Below are positions 1-9,847 of a DNA stretch of 54,562 nt, piece by piece; the first letter of the stretch is position 1, and every line of letters begins with the position of its first letter. Location of the stretch: contig CAYMQV010000003.1 in NCBI GenBank assembly GCA_964392395.1, positions 1-54,562 of the forward strand, given 5' to 3'. Source of the DNA: an uncultured Gemmatimonadaceae bacterium (GTDB lineage Bacteria > Gemmatimonadota > Gemmatimonadetes > Gemmatimonadales > Gemmatimonadaceae). Below the pieces are notes generated by a model. That model saw nothing but the letters and a program-made list of their open reading frames with translations. It was not told where the DNA came from and ran no database searches. The position numbers were made by a program, and so were the translations under genes.

Positions 1-1584
1 CGCCTGATCCTCACCAGCTGTGCCCTACTCCCTGCGCTCCTCGGCGCCCAGGCCCGCGGTGACGCGCGCATCGAGGCGTTGAAGTCCGAACTGGCGCGCG
101 CCATCGATGGTCGCGCGAAACTCGCCCAGCAGATGGTCGACCAGGTCTTCTCGTTCGGTGAACTCGGCATGCAGGAGGTCGAGACGTCGAAATACCTGAC
201 CGGGGTGCTGGAACAGAATGGCTTCTCCGTCGAGCGCGGCGTGGCCGGGATGCCGACGGCGTGGGTTGCGAAGTGGGGCAGCGGGTCACCAGTGATTGCA
301 CTCGGTTCCGACATCGACGGCATTCCGCAGGCGAACCAGTTTCCGGGGACCGCAGGCCGCACGCCGATGGTGACCGGCGCGCCCGGGCATGGTGAGGGGC
401 ACAACAGCGGCGTGCCGCTCAACATCATCGCCGCGCTGGCGGTGAAGGACATCATGACGCGCGAGAAGATGTCGGGTACCATCGTGCTCTGGCCGGGTGT
501 GGCCGAGGAGCAGCTGGCGAGCAAGGCGTACCTGGTGCGGGCCGGTGTGTTCAAGAACGTCGATGCAAACCTGTTCGCACATGTCAGCGATGAATTCGGC
601 GTTTCGTGGGGCGACGAATCGGCACTGACGTTGATCTCGGCACAGTTCAAGTTCAGTGGCACGGCATCGCATGCGGCCGGCGCGCCATGGCGTGGACGGA
701 GCGCGCTCGACGCCGTGATGGCGATGGCGAATGCGTGGGAGTACCATCGCGAGCACATGGAGCTTGCAACACGCTCGCACTATGTCATTACCGATGGTGG
801 CGATCAGCCCAATGTGGTACCGGCCACCGCGTCGATCTGGTTCTTCTTTCGCGAGCGCGACGTGGAACGGGTGTCGAAGATGTTCGACGACGCGAAGGTG
901 ATCGCGCGCGCCTCGGCGGCGGCCACGTTCACGAAACTCGATACGGTACAGGTAATCGGATCCGCCTGGCGCCCACACTTCAACAAGCCGATTGCCACCG
1001 CCATGCACCGCAACGCGACGCGTGTCGGCATGCCCGCCTGGAGTGCGGATGATCAGGTGATGGCGAAGTCGGTGCAACGTCTGATGCAGCAGCCGGACAG
1101 CGGGTTGGTGACGAAGGTCGGTCCGCTGCGCTCGCCGGCGGACACGCCCACCGGCGGCACCGGCAGCGATGACATCGGCGACGTGACCTGGACCGTGCCG
1201 AGTGTGACGCTCTACTATCCGAGCAACATTCCAGGCACCCCGGGGCACAACTGGGTGGACGGCATTGCGATGGCGACGCCGATCGCGCACAAGGGCGTGG
1301 TGGCGGGCGCAAAGGTCCAGGCGATGACGCTGCTCGACCTGATGATGCAGCCGACGCTGATCCGCGACGCGAAGGACTATTTCGTCAACGTGCAGACGAA
1401 GGACATCAAGTACCGGCCACTGATGGCCGCGAGTGACCAGCCGGCGATCTGGCTGAATGCCGAGAAGATGGCGCGGTACCGTGAGCTGATGCGACCGTTC
1501 TACTACGATGCGACCAGGTTCGGGACGTATCTCGAGCAGCTCGGGATCAAGTATCCGGCGGTGGCGCCGGGGGTGGTGCCATGA
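1..1584 (+). CDS. M20-family amidohydrolase/peptidase (AbgB-like), 5' end probably outside the window
   Basis: The ORF track gives 79..1584 (TTG start), but the frame stays open to base 1 and encodes a signal-like LILTSCALLPALLGAQA. The body has M20-like strings (ALGSDIDGIPQANQ, GAPGHGEGHNSG). Its stop overlaps the next start (ATGA at 1581-1584). Confidence 0.85.
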   Translation, partial: RLILTSCALLPALLGAQARGDARIEALKSELARAIDGRAKLAQQMVDQVFSFGELGMQEVETSKYLTGVLEQNGFSVERGVAGMPTAWVAKWGSGSPVIALGSDIDGIPQANQFPGTAGRTPMVTGAPGHGEGHNSGVPLNIIAALAVKDIMTREKMSGTIVLWPGVAEEQLASKAYLVRAGVFKNVDANLFAHVSDEFGVSWGDESALTLISAQFKFSGTASHAAGAPWRGRSALDAVMAMANAWEYHREHMELATRSHYVITDGGDQPNVVPATASIWFFFRERDVERVSKMFDDAKVIARASAAATFTKLDTVQVIGSAWRPHFNKPIATAMHRNATRVGMPAWSADDQVMAKSVQRLMQQPDSGLVTKVGPLRSPADTPTGGTGSDDIGDVTWTVPSVTLYYPSNIPGTPGHNWVDGIAMATPIAHKGVVAGAKVQAMTLLDLMMQPTLIRDAKDYFVNVQTKDIKYRPLMAASDQPAIWLNAEKMARYRELMRPFYYDATRFGTYLEQLGIKYPAVAPGVVP

Positions 1585-2213
1585 TGCCCGCACGGGTTAT
1601 CAGGGCGCTCGGTGGGACACTGCTGTTGGCAGTGACGGTGATGCTCGGTGGGTGTGGTAAAGCGCCGGAAGTGGCGTCGGAGAGCGTGCTGGCCGAGGCG
1701 CGCAAGCAGCTGGCGGCGCGCGGGAAGGAGGACCAGTCGATACGCGAAGGATTTGGTGAGGGCGGTGAGGTCGACACCGCGCAGGGTCGGCGCATGAATC
1801 AGGTGGACTCGGCGAACACGAACTGGCTCAAGGCGTACGTTGCGCGCTGGCAGTGGCCGACGGTGGCGCAGGTGGGGAAGGAAAACGTGGAGAGTGCGTT
1901 CCTGATCGTGCAGCATGCCGACGGTGACACGGCGTTCATGCGCGCGATGCTGCCGGCTGTCATGCAGGCGGCACGGAACGGCGACCTCGACCTGCAGGCC
2001 GTGGCGCTGCTCGCTGACCGCGTCGAAGTGCAGGCGGGACACAAACAGCGGTATGGCACGCAGATGACGATGCGTGATGGCAAGGTCGTGCTCGACCCCA
2101 TTGACGACTCGGCCAATGTGGACACACGGCGCGCAGAGATGGGGCTGAAGCCGGTGGCAGAGTACATCCGGATGATAGAATCCGCCATGAAGTTGCCGCC
2201 GCCGCAACCGTAG
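1581..2213 (+). CDS. lipoprotein of unknown function (resembles DUF6624-type proteins)
   Basis: Signal plus lipobox (LLLAVTVMLGGC). The C-terminal half carries LIVQHAD...LLADRV...QRYGTQ...RRAEMGL, recognised from memory as DUF6624-like and not searched. ATGA overlap with the upstream gene suggests translational coupling. Confidence 0.7.
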   Translation: MMPARVIRALGGTLLLAVTVMLGGCGKAPEVASESVLAEARKQLAARGKEDQSIREGFGEGGEVDTAQGRRMNQVDSANTNWLKAYVARWQWPTVAQVGKENVESAFLIVQHADGDTAFMRAMLPAVMQAARNGDLDLQAVALLADRVEVQAGHKQRYGTQMTMRDGKVVLDPIDDSANVDTRRAEMGLKPVAEYIRMIESAMKLPPPQP

Positions 2214-2425
2214 AGAGGGCGATTGATGCGTCAGCGCGGCGACGGACGCCGCGGGGCTGCAGAAGGCCAACGGTGCTGTCTGAAGGCCGAAGTTCGGCAC
2301 GAGCACCACCGGACGCCCCATCCCGCGGAGATCGGTGAGGAGCTGCCGTTCGGAGACGGGGTCACGCGTCGGTGCTGACTCGAGCTCGACGACGACGGCA
2401 GCCTCGACCAGGACGACACGCCCCG

Positions 2426-3226
2426 TCAGATCTGCGAGTACGCCGTCGGCACCAGAAACCGGCTCGTGATCTTCGACACCGTGTCCGCATACTGCGGATC
2501 CGCGAAGAGCCGCTTCCAGGTCGGGTGCGCCAGAAACCGCTCAAAGTTCGCCTTGTGCGTTTCGCGGTCGGGACTGCAGAGCAGGTACGACAGCTGCGGC
2601 AGGTCGCGACCGACCAGGGCCTGACCGTAGTACACCGGTGAAAGTTGCACCTCCTTCATCACGTCGATCTCACCCGCGTTGAACATCGCGACCTTCTTCA
2701 GCGCCTTCAATTCGGAGAAGCTCTCGTAGATGCGCAGCTCGAACACGCGCGCCTTCTTGGCGCGTGTCAGCGCCGGGACTTCAAGGCGCGGCATGCCGGC
2801 AAACGCGATATGCACCCAGCTGTCGACACGGTCGAACGCTGGATTTTCCTTCGTCGGCCCGCTCAGATAGTCGGCGCCGGCGGCGAGAACGGCCGCATCG
2901 GCATTGATCGAGGCATTTACCGTACTCACCGACGCCAGTGACGGATGCGAGATCAGCACCCACACCGCTGGACCGTCCGCTGCTTCGGGCTCCGTGAACA
3001 CACCGACTGCGCCAATGGCCCGGCGGTTGAGCGCAGGAATCAACGCCTTCTCCAGGTACCCATCCAGCAGCGTGTGCGGCGCGCCTGGCTTCAACCGATA
3101 GGATCGCAGCTCGATGTAAACACGCGCGTCTCGTACCGACTCGGCTTCCGCCTCAGTGCCGGGGAGCGCGACGGCGGCCGCAGCCAGGGCGGCGGACGTC
3201 AGGAAGGATCGGCGATCGAGCGTCAT
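2426..3226 (-). CDS. NIPSNAP-family protein with twin-arginine signal
   Basis: The ORF track gives 2426..3523, but the first 99 codons are Arg-rich junk. The internal ATG at 3226 (cat at 3224-3226 on +) gives MTLDRRSFLTSAALAAAAVALPG. Two NIPSNAP-like halves are present (YIELRSYRLKPG..., VFELRIYESFSELKALKK...). Confidence 0.8.
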   Translation of the reverse strand: MTLDRRSFLTSAALAAAAVALPGTEAEAESVRDARVYIELRSYRLKPGAPHTLLDGYLEKALIPALNRRAIGAVGVFTEPEAADGPAVWVLISHPSLASVSTVNASINADAAVLAAGADYLSGPTKENPAFDRVDSWVHIAFAGMPRLEVPALTRAKKARVFELRIYESFSELKALKKVAMFNAGEIDVMKEVQLSPVYYGQALVGRDLPQLSYLLCSPDRETHKANFERFLAHPTWKRLFADPQYADTVSKITSRFLVPTAYSQI

Positions 3227-3495
3227 GAGACCTGGCAGTGTGTGAGTGAATGAACGGGGCAGTCGTGGCAAAGAAACACAACGAGGGCACTGAAGTGCCG
3301 TCAGATGCGCCCGCACGAGAATCTCTCTGCGCTGTCGCCATGACAGTAGTACGGGATGCGTGTGCCGTGCAGTAGTCGGCGATGACGCAAATCCGTATGG
3401 TTGTGGCACCCGCCGCTGGCGTACGCGCAGACTGATGGCGACGTTTCTCGCGTTCGCCCTGTCACCACCTCGCCTCCGTCCTGCCCGGTGTCCAC

Positions 3496-4737
3496 ATGTC
3501 GGTCTCTCGTCGTAGCCTGGCACATCGCGTTGCCCTCGTCGTCGTCGCGACGACCCTCAGCACCCACGCACTCCTGGCGCAATCCAAGCCGCGCGAAAAC
3601 GACCTCAAGCTCCCTATCGGGGGTACGCCTGGCCGGCTCGATGCGATCACCGACGTGGCCGGTGTCGAGGTCGGCCACAGCACTATCATCTCGGGTAGTG
3701 GTCCGCTGGTGGTCGGCAAGGGCCCGGTTCGCACCGGTGTCACCATCGTGCACCCGCGTGGCAAGGACAATGCGGATCCGGTGTTCGCGTCGTGGTTCAC
3801 GCTCAACGGCAACGGCGAGATGACCGGCACCACCTGGATTCAGGAGAGCGGCTATCTCGAAGGCCCCATCGGCATCACGAACACGCACAGCGTCGGCGTC
3901 GTGCGCGATGCGATTATCCGATGGGAAGTGGGGCGCAAGAACGTGCTGCAGCCCTGGTGGCTGCCGGTGGTGGCCGAGACGTACGACGGCGGCCTGAACG
4001 ACATCAATGGTTTTCACGTGAAGACTGAACATGTCTTCGCAGCCCTCGACAGCGCGCGTGGCGGTCCGGTGCCTGAGGGCGTCGTCGGCGGCGGCACCGG
4101 AATGCGCTGCCTTGGTTTCAAGGGCGGCATCGGGACGGCGTCGCGTGTCCTGACGACGACGAAGGGAGACTACACCGTCGGTGTACTGGTGCAGTGCAAC
4201 TTCGGATCGCGCGCCGACCTGCGCATCGCCGGCGCGCCGGTGGGCGAGGAGATCACCGATCTATCGCCCTGCATCGCGAACGATCGCCCGTTGCCTCAGG
4301 AAGTGGGCTTGGTTCGCCGCTGCAGCGCGCCCGCGCGGCCCGGTGATGCCGACGCGGCCGAGCAGGGATCGATCATCGTCGTGGTCGCGACCGATGCACC
4401 GCTGATGCCGCACCAGCTCAAGCGTCTGGCAACACGCGTGTCACTCGGTATCGGCCGACAGGGTGGATTCGGCGGCAATGGCTCGGGCGACATTTTCGTC
4501 GCGTTCAGCACCGCGAATCCGAAGACATGGAGCAGTGACACCGTGTCCACGGTGCGCCTGATGTCGAACGACGCGATCTCGCCGCTGTTCAAGGCCACGG
4601 CGCAGGCTACCGAAGCGGCGATCACGAATGCCATGCTGGCGGCCGAAACGACGACGGGTGCGAATGATCTCCGGATTCATGCGTTGCCGGTGGATCGGAT
4701 GCTGGCGGCGTTGCGGAAGTATGGGCGGATGCCGTAG
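3496..4737 (+). CDS. P1/S58-family aminopeptidase (DmpA/BapA-like)
   Basis: Signal-like N-terminus. DAITDVAGVEVGH, GVTIVHP, LNGNGEMTGT and GITNTHSVG are typical of DmpA-type Ntn peptidases. Confidence 0.85.
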   Translation: MSVSRRSLAHRVALVVVATTLSTHALLAQSKPRENDLKLPIGGTPGRLDAITDVAGVEVGHSTIISGSGPLVVGKGPVRTGVTIVHPRGKDNADPVFASWFTLNGNGEMTGTTWIQESGYLEGPIGITNTHSVGVVRDAIIRWEVGRKNVLQPWWLPVVAETYDGGLNDINGFHVKTEHVFAALDSARGGPVPEGVVGGGTGMRCLGFKGGIGTASRVLTTTKGDYTVGVLVQCNFGSRADLRIAGAPVGEEITDLSPCIANDRPLPQEVGLVRRCSAPARPGDADAAEQGSIIVVVATDAPLMPHQLKRLATRVSLGIGRQGGFGGNGSGDIFVAFSTANPKTWSSDTVSTVRLMSNDAISPLFKATAQATEAAITNAMLAAETTTGANDLRIHALPVDRMLAALRKYGRMP

Positions 4738-4782
4738 TTCGACATCCAGCAGGCTTGCCTGCCTGCGTGGCACGTCGCGCAG

Positions 4783-5193
4783 CTACGTCAGACTCAGTGC
4801 GCGCGGCGAATGCCCTGTCCATCGACGAAACGCGCGATGAAACGCGCTCGGCTCGGAAAATCCCACCAGCCACGCCACCTTGGCAACGGTGGCGTTCGGC
4901 TCTGGCAGATGTCGCACGGCCAGCTCGTGCCGAGCATCATCCAGCAGCACTTGAAACGTCGTGCCTTCCGCCGCCAGACCGCGCTGCAGGTTCCGGGCAC
5001 GCATCGCCAGCGCACTGGCAACCATCGTGATCGTCGGCGCTTCGCCCTTGAGCTGGGTAACGAGCTCCTGATTCACACGGCCAACAAGTGAAGCGCGATT
5101 GTCCAACGCTGCCAGTGTCGCCGTGGCATGTTGATCGAAGGTGGTGAGCTCAGTCACACACGCCACACGTGATCCCGCTGGCGCCCTGATCAT
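4783..5193 (-). CDS. AraC-family HTH protein, short form (DNA-binding module only)
   Basis: The C-terminal 85 aa is a complete AraC dual-HTH module (VASALAMRARNLQRGLAAEGTTF...VAWLVGFSEPSAFHRAFRRWTGHSP). Only about 50 aa precede it, whereas relatives of this subtype usually carry a roughly 200-aa sensing domain. It is probably an N-terminally truncated relic. Confidence 0.6.
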   Translation of the reverse strand: MIRAPAGSRVACVTELTTFDQHATATLAALDNRASLVGRVNQELVTQLKGEAPTITMVASALAMRARNLQRGLAAEGTTFQVLLDDARHELAVRHLPEPNATVAKVAWLVGFSEPSAFHRAFRRWTGHSPRALSLT

Positions 5194-5709
5194 CGACGAG
5201 TCTGCGCAGCTGTCAGATGCCTATGACTTCCAGCGCTTCGATGTTGCGAACGCACAGGCCGGTATCAGCGGCTCAGTGATCTCGAGTCAGCGCGGACGGC
5301 ACCTCGAGTACACGCTCAATGACAATGGGCGCGTTTCAATTTCGTCCGAGGATGTCGAGGATCCCGTGGTCACCGGGCCGTCGGTGCATGGCTTCATCCG
5401 CCAGCATTGGGATGAGTTTACCACACGCGGCATGATCCAGGCGCGCATGATCGTGCTCAAGCGGAAGTCGAGCTATGGCTTCGATCTCCGGATGAAGAGC
5501 CAGGCCAACGGTCAGACGACGTTCAGTTCCAGGCCGAGCAGTGCGCTGCTGCGCCTGGCATCAAGCCACTGTATGTCCTGTTCGCGAACTCGGACCGCGG
5601 CCTCGGCCGGTACGAAGGACGTCTGCCGCCAATGCAGACGGTCGGCAGCAAACTGAACGATCTCGATGCGCGAGTAGAGTACCGGATGGTGTCACCGGTA
5701 TATCGGTGA
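5141..5709 (+). pseudogene. hypothetical protein gene with an apparent single-base frameshift near 5558-5560
   Basis: The ORF from 5141 (GTG) reads plausibly to ...GQTTFSSRPSSALLRLA and then degenerates. The adjacent frame continues from about 5560 as IKPLYVLFANSDRGLGRYEGRLPPMQTVGSKLNDLDARVEYRMVSPVYR and stops at 5707-5709. No family was recognised. Confidence 0.5.
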
Positions 5710-5783
5710 GCCTTACCCGCGGCCGTCGCCTGCAGCCGGCCAGCGGCGTCACCGTCGCTGGCCGGCCTGGTAACAAACGCCGC

Positions 5784-6524
5784 TTACGGCGCGAGCGAAT
5801 ACGCGCGGTCGAACGGAAAGCTCGTGAACATCCCGTTGAACAACTGCCATGACTGGTTGTTGTCCGGGACGCCGTCACGCCAGCCCCAGAACACCGCAAA
5901 CGATGGCGAGAGCGCCTGAATGCCGATCCAGTACTTGGTGTTGGCCGCCGCGGGGAAGGCCGTCGTGAGTGTGGCCGAGTAGCTGTAGTAGGGCCAGGTG
6001 GTATTGGCCGCAGTGCCGCAGGTCAATCCCGGCACGTTCTTGTCGAGGGTCTGGTTCGCCTGCGCCAGTGTGAACGTCTGCGATTGCAGCGGTGCAGCCA
6101 CATTCGGCCGCCCTGCATTGTCGGCGTAGAACGTGATCGTGAACCCAGTCGCCGTCGGTGCCGGTGCGGCGGCACCCGGCGTCTGCACGCAATAAATGCC
6201 TTGCCAGCCAACCTTGGTGATGTTGGACGAGCCGGTGAAGATGAAGTCGTCGGTGACCAATGCCGGCAATGAACCATTGGCATAGATCTGCGAGGTTCTG
6301 GCTTCGATGATCGTGCCGTTCGAGGCCGGCACCAGCGAAGAACGCGACGTCGTCCTGGGGACGCTCGACTCCGTCGGGGCCTTCTTCTTCGAGCAGCCGA
6401 CGATGACGAGCGTCAAGACGACGATGGAGAGCACCCGGACCGGGCTGCGGTGGCGAGTTCGGATGATTCGCAGCGCGGGAGCGGCACGGGCAGCCGACGA
6501 AGCGCAATCTACGGCGTGTGGCAT
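5784..6524 (-). CDS. lipoprotein, unknown function
   Basis: Lipobox in VLSIVVLTLVIVGCS. The start is the ATG at 6524 or the upstream 6572 given by the ORF track. The mature part is Thr/Ala/Gly-rich and beta-sandwich-like, with no family recognised. Confidence 0.7.
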   Translation of the reverse strand: MPHAVDCASSAARAAPALRIIRTRHRSPVRVLSIVVLTLVIVGCSKKKAPTESSVPRTTSRSSLVPASNGTIIEARTSQIYANGSLPALVTDDFIFTGSSNITKVGWQGIYCVQTPGAAAPAPTATGFTITFYADNAGRPNVAAPLQSQTFTLAQANQTLDKNVPGLTCGTAANTTWPYYSYSATLTTAFPAAANTKYWIGIQALSPSFAVFWGWRDGVPDNNQSWQLFNGMFTSFPFDRAYSLAP

Positions 6525-6763
6525 GATGTCCTCGGAGAGAAATGGCACGGGAGGTCCGAACGGGTGCTGCACCCGTTCATCCCACCACGCGTGGAATCCC
6601 CCCGAAATGGCTCACGCCAGTGAGCACACCGCTGTCACCGTACTCATCTGCCCTCTGAATGCGCGTTCGCCTCGTCGGCCTTGATCGCGCGCTGCGACGA
6701 GTCACGTCACACCGCGGTCTGACTACGTGGCAAGTAGCGCGTCGCCAGCGGCAGGCATGTGGC

Positions 6764-8449
6764 TCACCTGACCACCGGCAGCACCAGCCGGCACCCGTCA
6801 CCCGCGAACTGAATCCGCTGCGCGCCGGTCGCCGGTACACGCTCGAAGCTCGGCGCGTCAGCGCCCGCGACCGACAATCGCAGCCGCCACCCCGGCGGCA
6901 GCTCGAAGGCCACCGGCCGGATACGCACCGTTGCGAGTCCGGCCCTGATGCGCTGCACGCCTTCCGTCAGCAGCCGCACACGCTGCGACCGATCGACTGA
7001 CTCGACATACACGTGCAATGCCGCTTCCGGTGCGTCGAGTGTCACCTCACAGACGAACTCCGACGCGCCGAAGACGGACAATGGCGAGTCGAGTGCCGCT
7101 GATTGCCACGAGATCACGCCGCGGGTGTCGGCGCGATCAGGCGCATCCACCGGCCGCGCGAGCCCGGTCGTCCAGCGCGTGTTCTTTCCGGTGGATGCCG
7201 CAAAGTCAACCGTGAGCGCCCGCGGCGCGCCCGCTGCAGGTGCACTCGCGAGTCGCTCCCCGACGAGATGCAGTGTCCTCGGCGTGGTCGTCGGCCACTC
7301 CTCAGCCGACTGCCACTCCTCGGCGCCAGCGACGTACCACGAATTGCGCGGCGCCGGTGCCGCAGTGCGCTCCATCAGATGTCGGCGAAAGAACGACACC
7401 ACGACATCGAGATCGACCATCGCCCGTTCACTTTCTTCGCTCCGAAGTGGACTCGCATTGCTCGTGCCCTCATGCGCCCACGGACCAATGACCGCTTCAC
7501 GCACCGGCATGTGCTGCTGTGCACGAAACACTGCGTCAGCGGTGGCGCCATCCCACCAGCTGCCCCACATCCCGACGACCGCAGTCGTTGCGGCCAGCGT
7601 TGCGACATGCCCGGATGGGGAAAGCGAATCGGACGGCGGACCGTCGATGCCAAAACGATCACTCCCACTGCGCACCGCAGACACGCGTCCCGCAACCTCA
7701 GTCGGCGGGCGCCGCTGCTGCAGCGCCTGCAGTGCAGCACCCTTCTCGTCGTCATCAGTGGGGTGCACGCCGCGGATACCGAATCGGGCCAGACGCGGGA
7801 AAATTTCGGGCAGCTTTCCATGATCGAGTGCATCGACCGACCGGCTCCACGAATCGACGAAACCCACGTTGCGCACATTGCCTGGCGCAATGATCTCGTC
7901 GACCAGATTCCACTCCAGCTCCCGTGCGAGAATGGCACGCAGCGCCGGCCGGCCAGCGGTTGCCGTCAGCAGCGCCGTCGTGCCTTCGTACGACACGCCT
8001 GTCGCGCCAACCGCACCGTTGGACCAGCGCTGCGCCACGATCCAGTCGATGATCGGTCCCATGTCGCGCACTTCCCCCTGCGACCATGGCCAGGGCCACG
8101 TCCCGGCCGACGCACCGGTGCCACGAACGTCGGTCACCACCACGCCGAAGCCCGCCAACACCAGCTTCTCGACGATCGCCTCTCGAGGACCCATCGGTAC
8201 CACGTTTTTCCGCTTGCCGCCGCGCAGGCTGAAGCTGCGCCAGTAGCGGGTCTGGATCAGGACCACCGGCACCCCGCTGTCGGGCAACACCAGCGGCAGG
8301 ATCACGTCGGCCGCGATTTCGACGCTGTCTGCGGCGCGAATTCGGGGGTGCGTCACCACCGCCGGTACGGAATGGCAGGCGGAGAACAGCAGGGCAATCG
8401 CGAGCGCGAAGGCCGTGTGAGGATGCCGGGAAAGGAGCGGGGTTTTCAT
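6764..8449 (-). CDS. CocE/NonD-family (S15) alpha/beta hydrolase
   Basis: Lipoprotein-like N-terminus (LLFSAC). VVVTDVRGTGASAGTW and the nucleophile elbow GATGVSYEG are typical of CocE/NonD Xaa-Pro dipeptidyl-peptidase-like hydrolases. Confidence 0.85.
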   Translation of the reverse strand: MKTPLLSRHPHTAFALAIALLFSACHSVPAVVTHPRIRAADSVEIAADVILPLVLPDSGVPVVLIQTRYWRSFSLRGGKRKNVVPMGPREAIVEKLVLAGFGVVVTDVRGTGASAGTWPWPWSQGEVRDMGPIIDWIVAQRWSNGAVGATGVSYEGTTALLTATAGRPALRAILARELEWNLVDEIIAPGNVRNVGFVDSWSRSVDALDHGKLPEIFPRLARFGIRGVHPTDDDEKGAALQALQQRRPPTEVAGRVSAVRSGSDRFGIDGPPSDSLSPSGHVATLAATTAVVGMWGSWWDGATADAVFRAQQHMPVREAVIGPWAHEGTSNASPLRSEESERAMVDLDVVVSFFRRHLMERTAAPAPRNSWYVAGAEEWQSAEEWPTTTPRTLHLVGERLASAPAAGAPRALTVDFAASTGKNTRWTTGLARPVDAPDRADTRGVISWQSAALDSPLSVFGASEFVCEVTLDAPEAALHVYVESVDRSQRVRLLTEGVQRIRAGLATVRIRPVAFELPPGWRLRLSVAGADAPSFERVPATGAQRIQFAGDGCRLVLPVVR

Positions 8450-8460
8450 ATGACGTATAA

Positions 8461-8498
8461 AATATAGGACTTTACATATAGATAGATGATCCTATATT
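8461..8498. promoter_or_regulatory. inverted repeat AATATAGGA-N20-TCCTATATT in the AT-rich divergent intergenic region (candidate PadR operator)
   Basis: Perfect 9-bp arms at 8461-8469 and 8490-8498. They lie in the 87-bp AT-rich gap between the divergent S15 hydrolase (start 8449) and the PadR gene (start 8537). Confidence 0.35.
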
Positions 8499-8536
8499 CA
8501 CTCATTCGTGAATCATGCGCAACCCCCCTCCTCGGG

Positions 8537-9172
8537 ATGACGATGTCGCTCCGGTATGCAATTCTCGGGTTTCTGACCATCAGGCCGTTCAGCGGCTACG
8601 ACATCAAGCGCTATTTCGACAACTCGGTACGGCATTTCTGGAGTGCCGACCAGGCCGCGATCTATCGGACTCTGGCGGACCTCGAGACCGACCATCTGGT
8701 CGGACACGAGCGGGTCGAGCAACAGACTCGACCAGACCGGAAGCTCTACCACATCACTCCCGCCGGGGTCGCTGAGCTCGACGCCTGGTTGGTGTTGCCC
8801 GCCGCCTCGGTCGTCCGCCGCGAGCCGCTGCTGCTGAAGCTCTTCTTCACCAATCGACTGGGCGGCGAGGGGCTGGGAGCAGTCGTCGATTCCGAACTCG
8901 GTGCGGTTGAAGCGCAGCTCGCGGTGTTCAAGTCGATCCTCGCGTCAATCGAGCATGACAGGGCCGAAGCACTGCAGCAGCTGGGTGATGGCGCGGCGGC
9001 GAATGCGTATCGCGAGGTGCTCGTTGGCCCACTGATCACGCTCACCAATGGCGTGCGGCTCGGTGTTGCGTCTCGGGACTGGCTGCGTGGGCTGAAGCAG
9101 GCGCACGAGCAGGACGCACTGACCGACACGGCGATGCTGGCGGAGTTGCATCGATACGTGGACGCGCTTTAG
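8537..9172 (+). CDS. PadR-family transcriptional regulator
   Basis: From the internal ATG at 8537: MTMSLRYAILGFLTIRPFSGYDIKRYF...WSADQAAIYRTLADLE...KLYHITPAGVAEL, a PadR winged-helix N-terminus followed by a C-terminal dimerisation-type domain. Confidence 0.85.
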   Translation: MTMSLRYAILGFLTIRPFSGYDIKRYFDNSVRHFWSADQAAIYRTLADLETDHLVGHERVEQQTRPDRKLYHITPAGVAELDAWLVLPAASVVRREPLLLKLFFTNRLGGEGLGAVVDSELGAVEAQLAVFKSILASIEHDRAEALQQLGDGAAANAYREVLVGPLITLTNGVRLGVASRDWLRGLKQAHEQDALTDTAMLAELHRYVDAL

Positions 9173-9205
9173 GGTCGCGCCGCGCGAAGACCCGTGCGCG
9201 AGGTG

Positions 9206-9838
9206 TCAGCGTGCAACGGCAAACTCCGGCGGGTGCCGCAGATGGAGCGCATCCCGGACGCCTGCGAGAGTCGCGCTGATCGCCTGCTCCGGGCGATACG
9301 GCTCGGGCAGCATCTTTCGCACCAGCACGCCGCTCATGCCGTGGACCGCACTCCACGCAATCAGCGGAGCCTCGTGTCGCCGTGACGCATGCAGCTCACC
9401 CGTCTCCACCAGCGCATCCAGCGCAGCGTTGAGCACCTCCCACGCTGACGGATCATCGGCGCATGACGGGGCCGCGCCGGCGGTCATGAACGCGGTGTCG
9501 AACAACTGCGGTTCACTCTCGGCAAACTCGATATAAGCGCGACCGATGGCGTGGAGGCGCCTGATCGCGCCGATGCCGGCGTCATCCGGATCCTCCACGA
9601 CGGCTTCGGCCGCGCTCAGCATCGCGTTCGCCAACGTCTCGCGGGCGGAGCGCGACACTTCGGCGCTGAGATGCGCCATGTCGGGGAAGTGGCGGTAGAC
9701 GGCCGAGGGCGACACCCCGGATGCGGCGGCCAACTCGCGCAGCTGCAGGGCAGCCGGTCCGCCCACCCTGGCGGCGCGCAGGCCGGCCTGAAGGAGGGCG
9801 GTGTGGAGGTTTCCGTGGTGGTAGCGGTGGACGGGCAT
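9206..9838 (-). CDS. TetR/AcrR-family transcriptional regulator
   Basis: HHGNLHTALLQAGLRAA...LQLRELAAASGVSPSAVYRHFPDMAHL is a TetR HTH. The ATG at 9838 is preferred over the TTG at 9844. Confidence 0.85.
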   Translation of the reverse strand: MPVHRYHHGNLHTALLQAGLRAARVGGPAALQLRELAAASGVSPSAVYRHFPDMAHLSAEVSRSARETLANAMLSAAEAVVEDPDDAGIGAIRRLHAIGRAYIEFAESEPQLFDTAFMTAGAAPSCADDPSAWEVLNAALDALVETGELHASRRHEAPLIAWSAVHGMSGVLVRKMLPEPYRPEQAISATLAGVRDALHLRHPPEFAVAR

Positions 9839-9847
9839 GCCCAAATG

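Noticed and set aside
286-1593. 435-aa minus-strand ORF antisense to the M20 gene
   Set aside because: It has Arg/His/Pro-rich composition typical of antisense frames in high-GC DNA. It is fully overlapped by a gene with clear family motifs.
3301-4032. 243-aa minus-strand ORF antisense to the S58 peptidase gene
   Set aside because: It has the same Arg/His-rich antisense-frame composition and no motifs, and it is overlapped by a well-supported gene.
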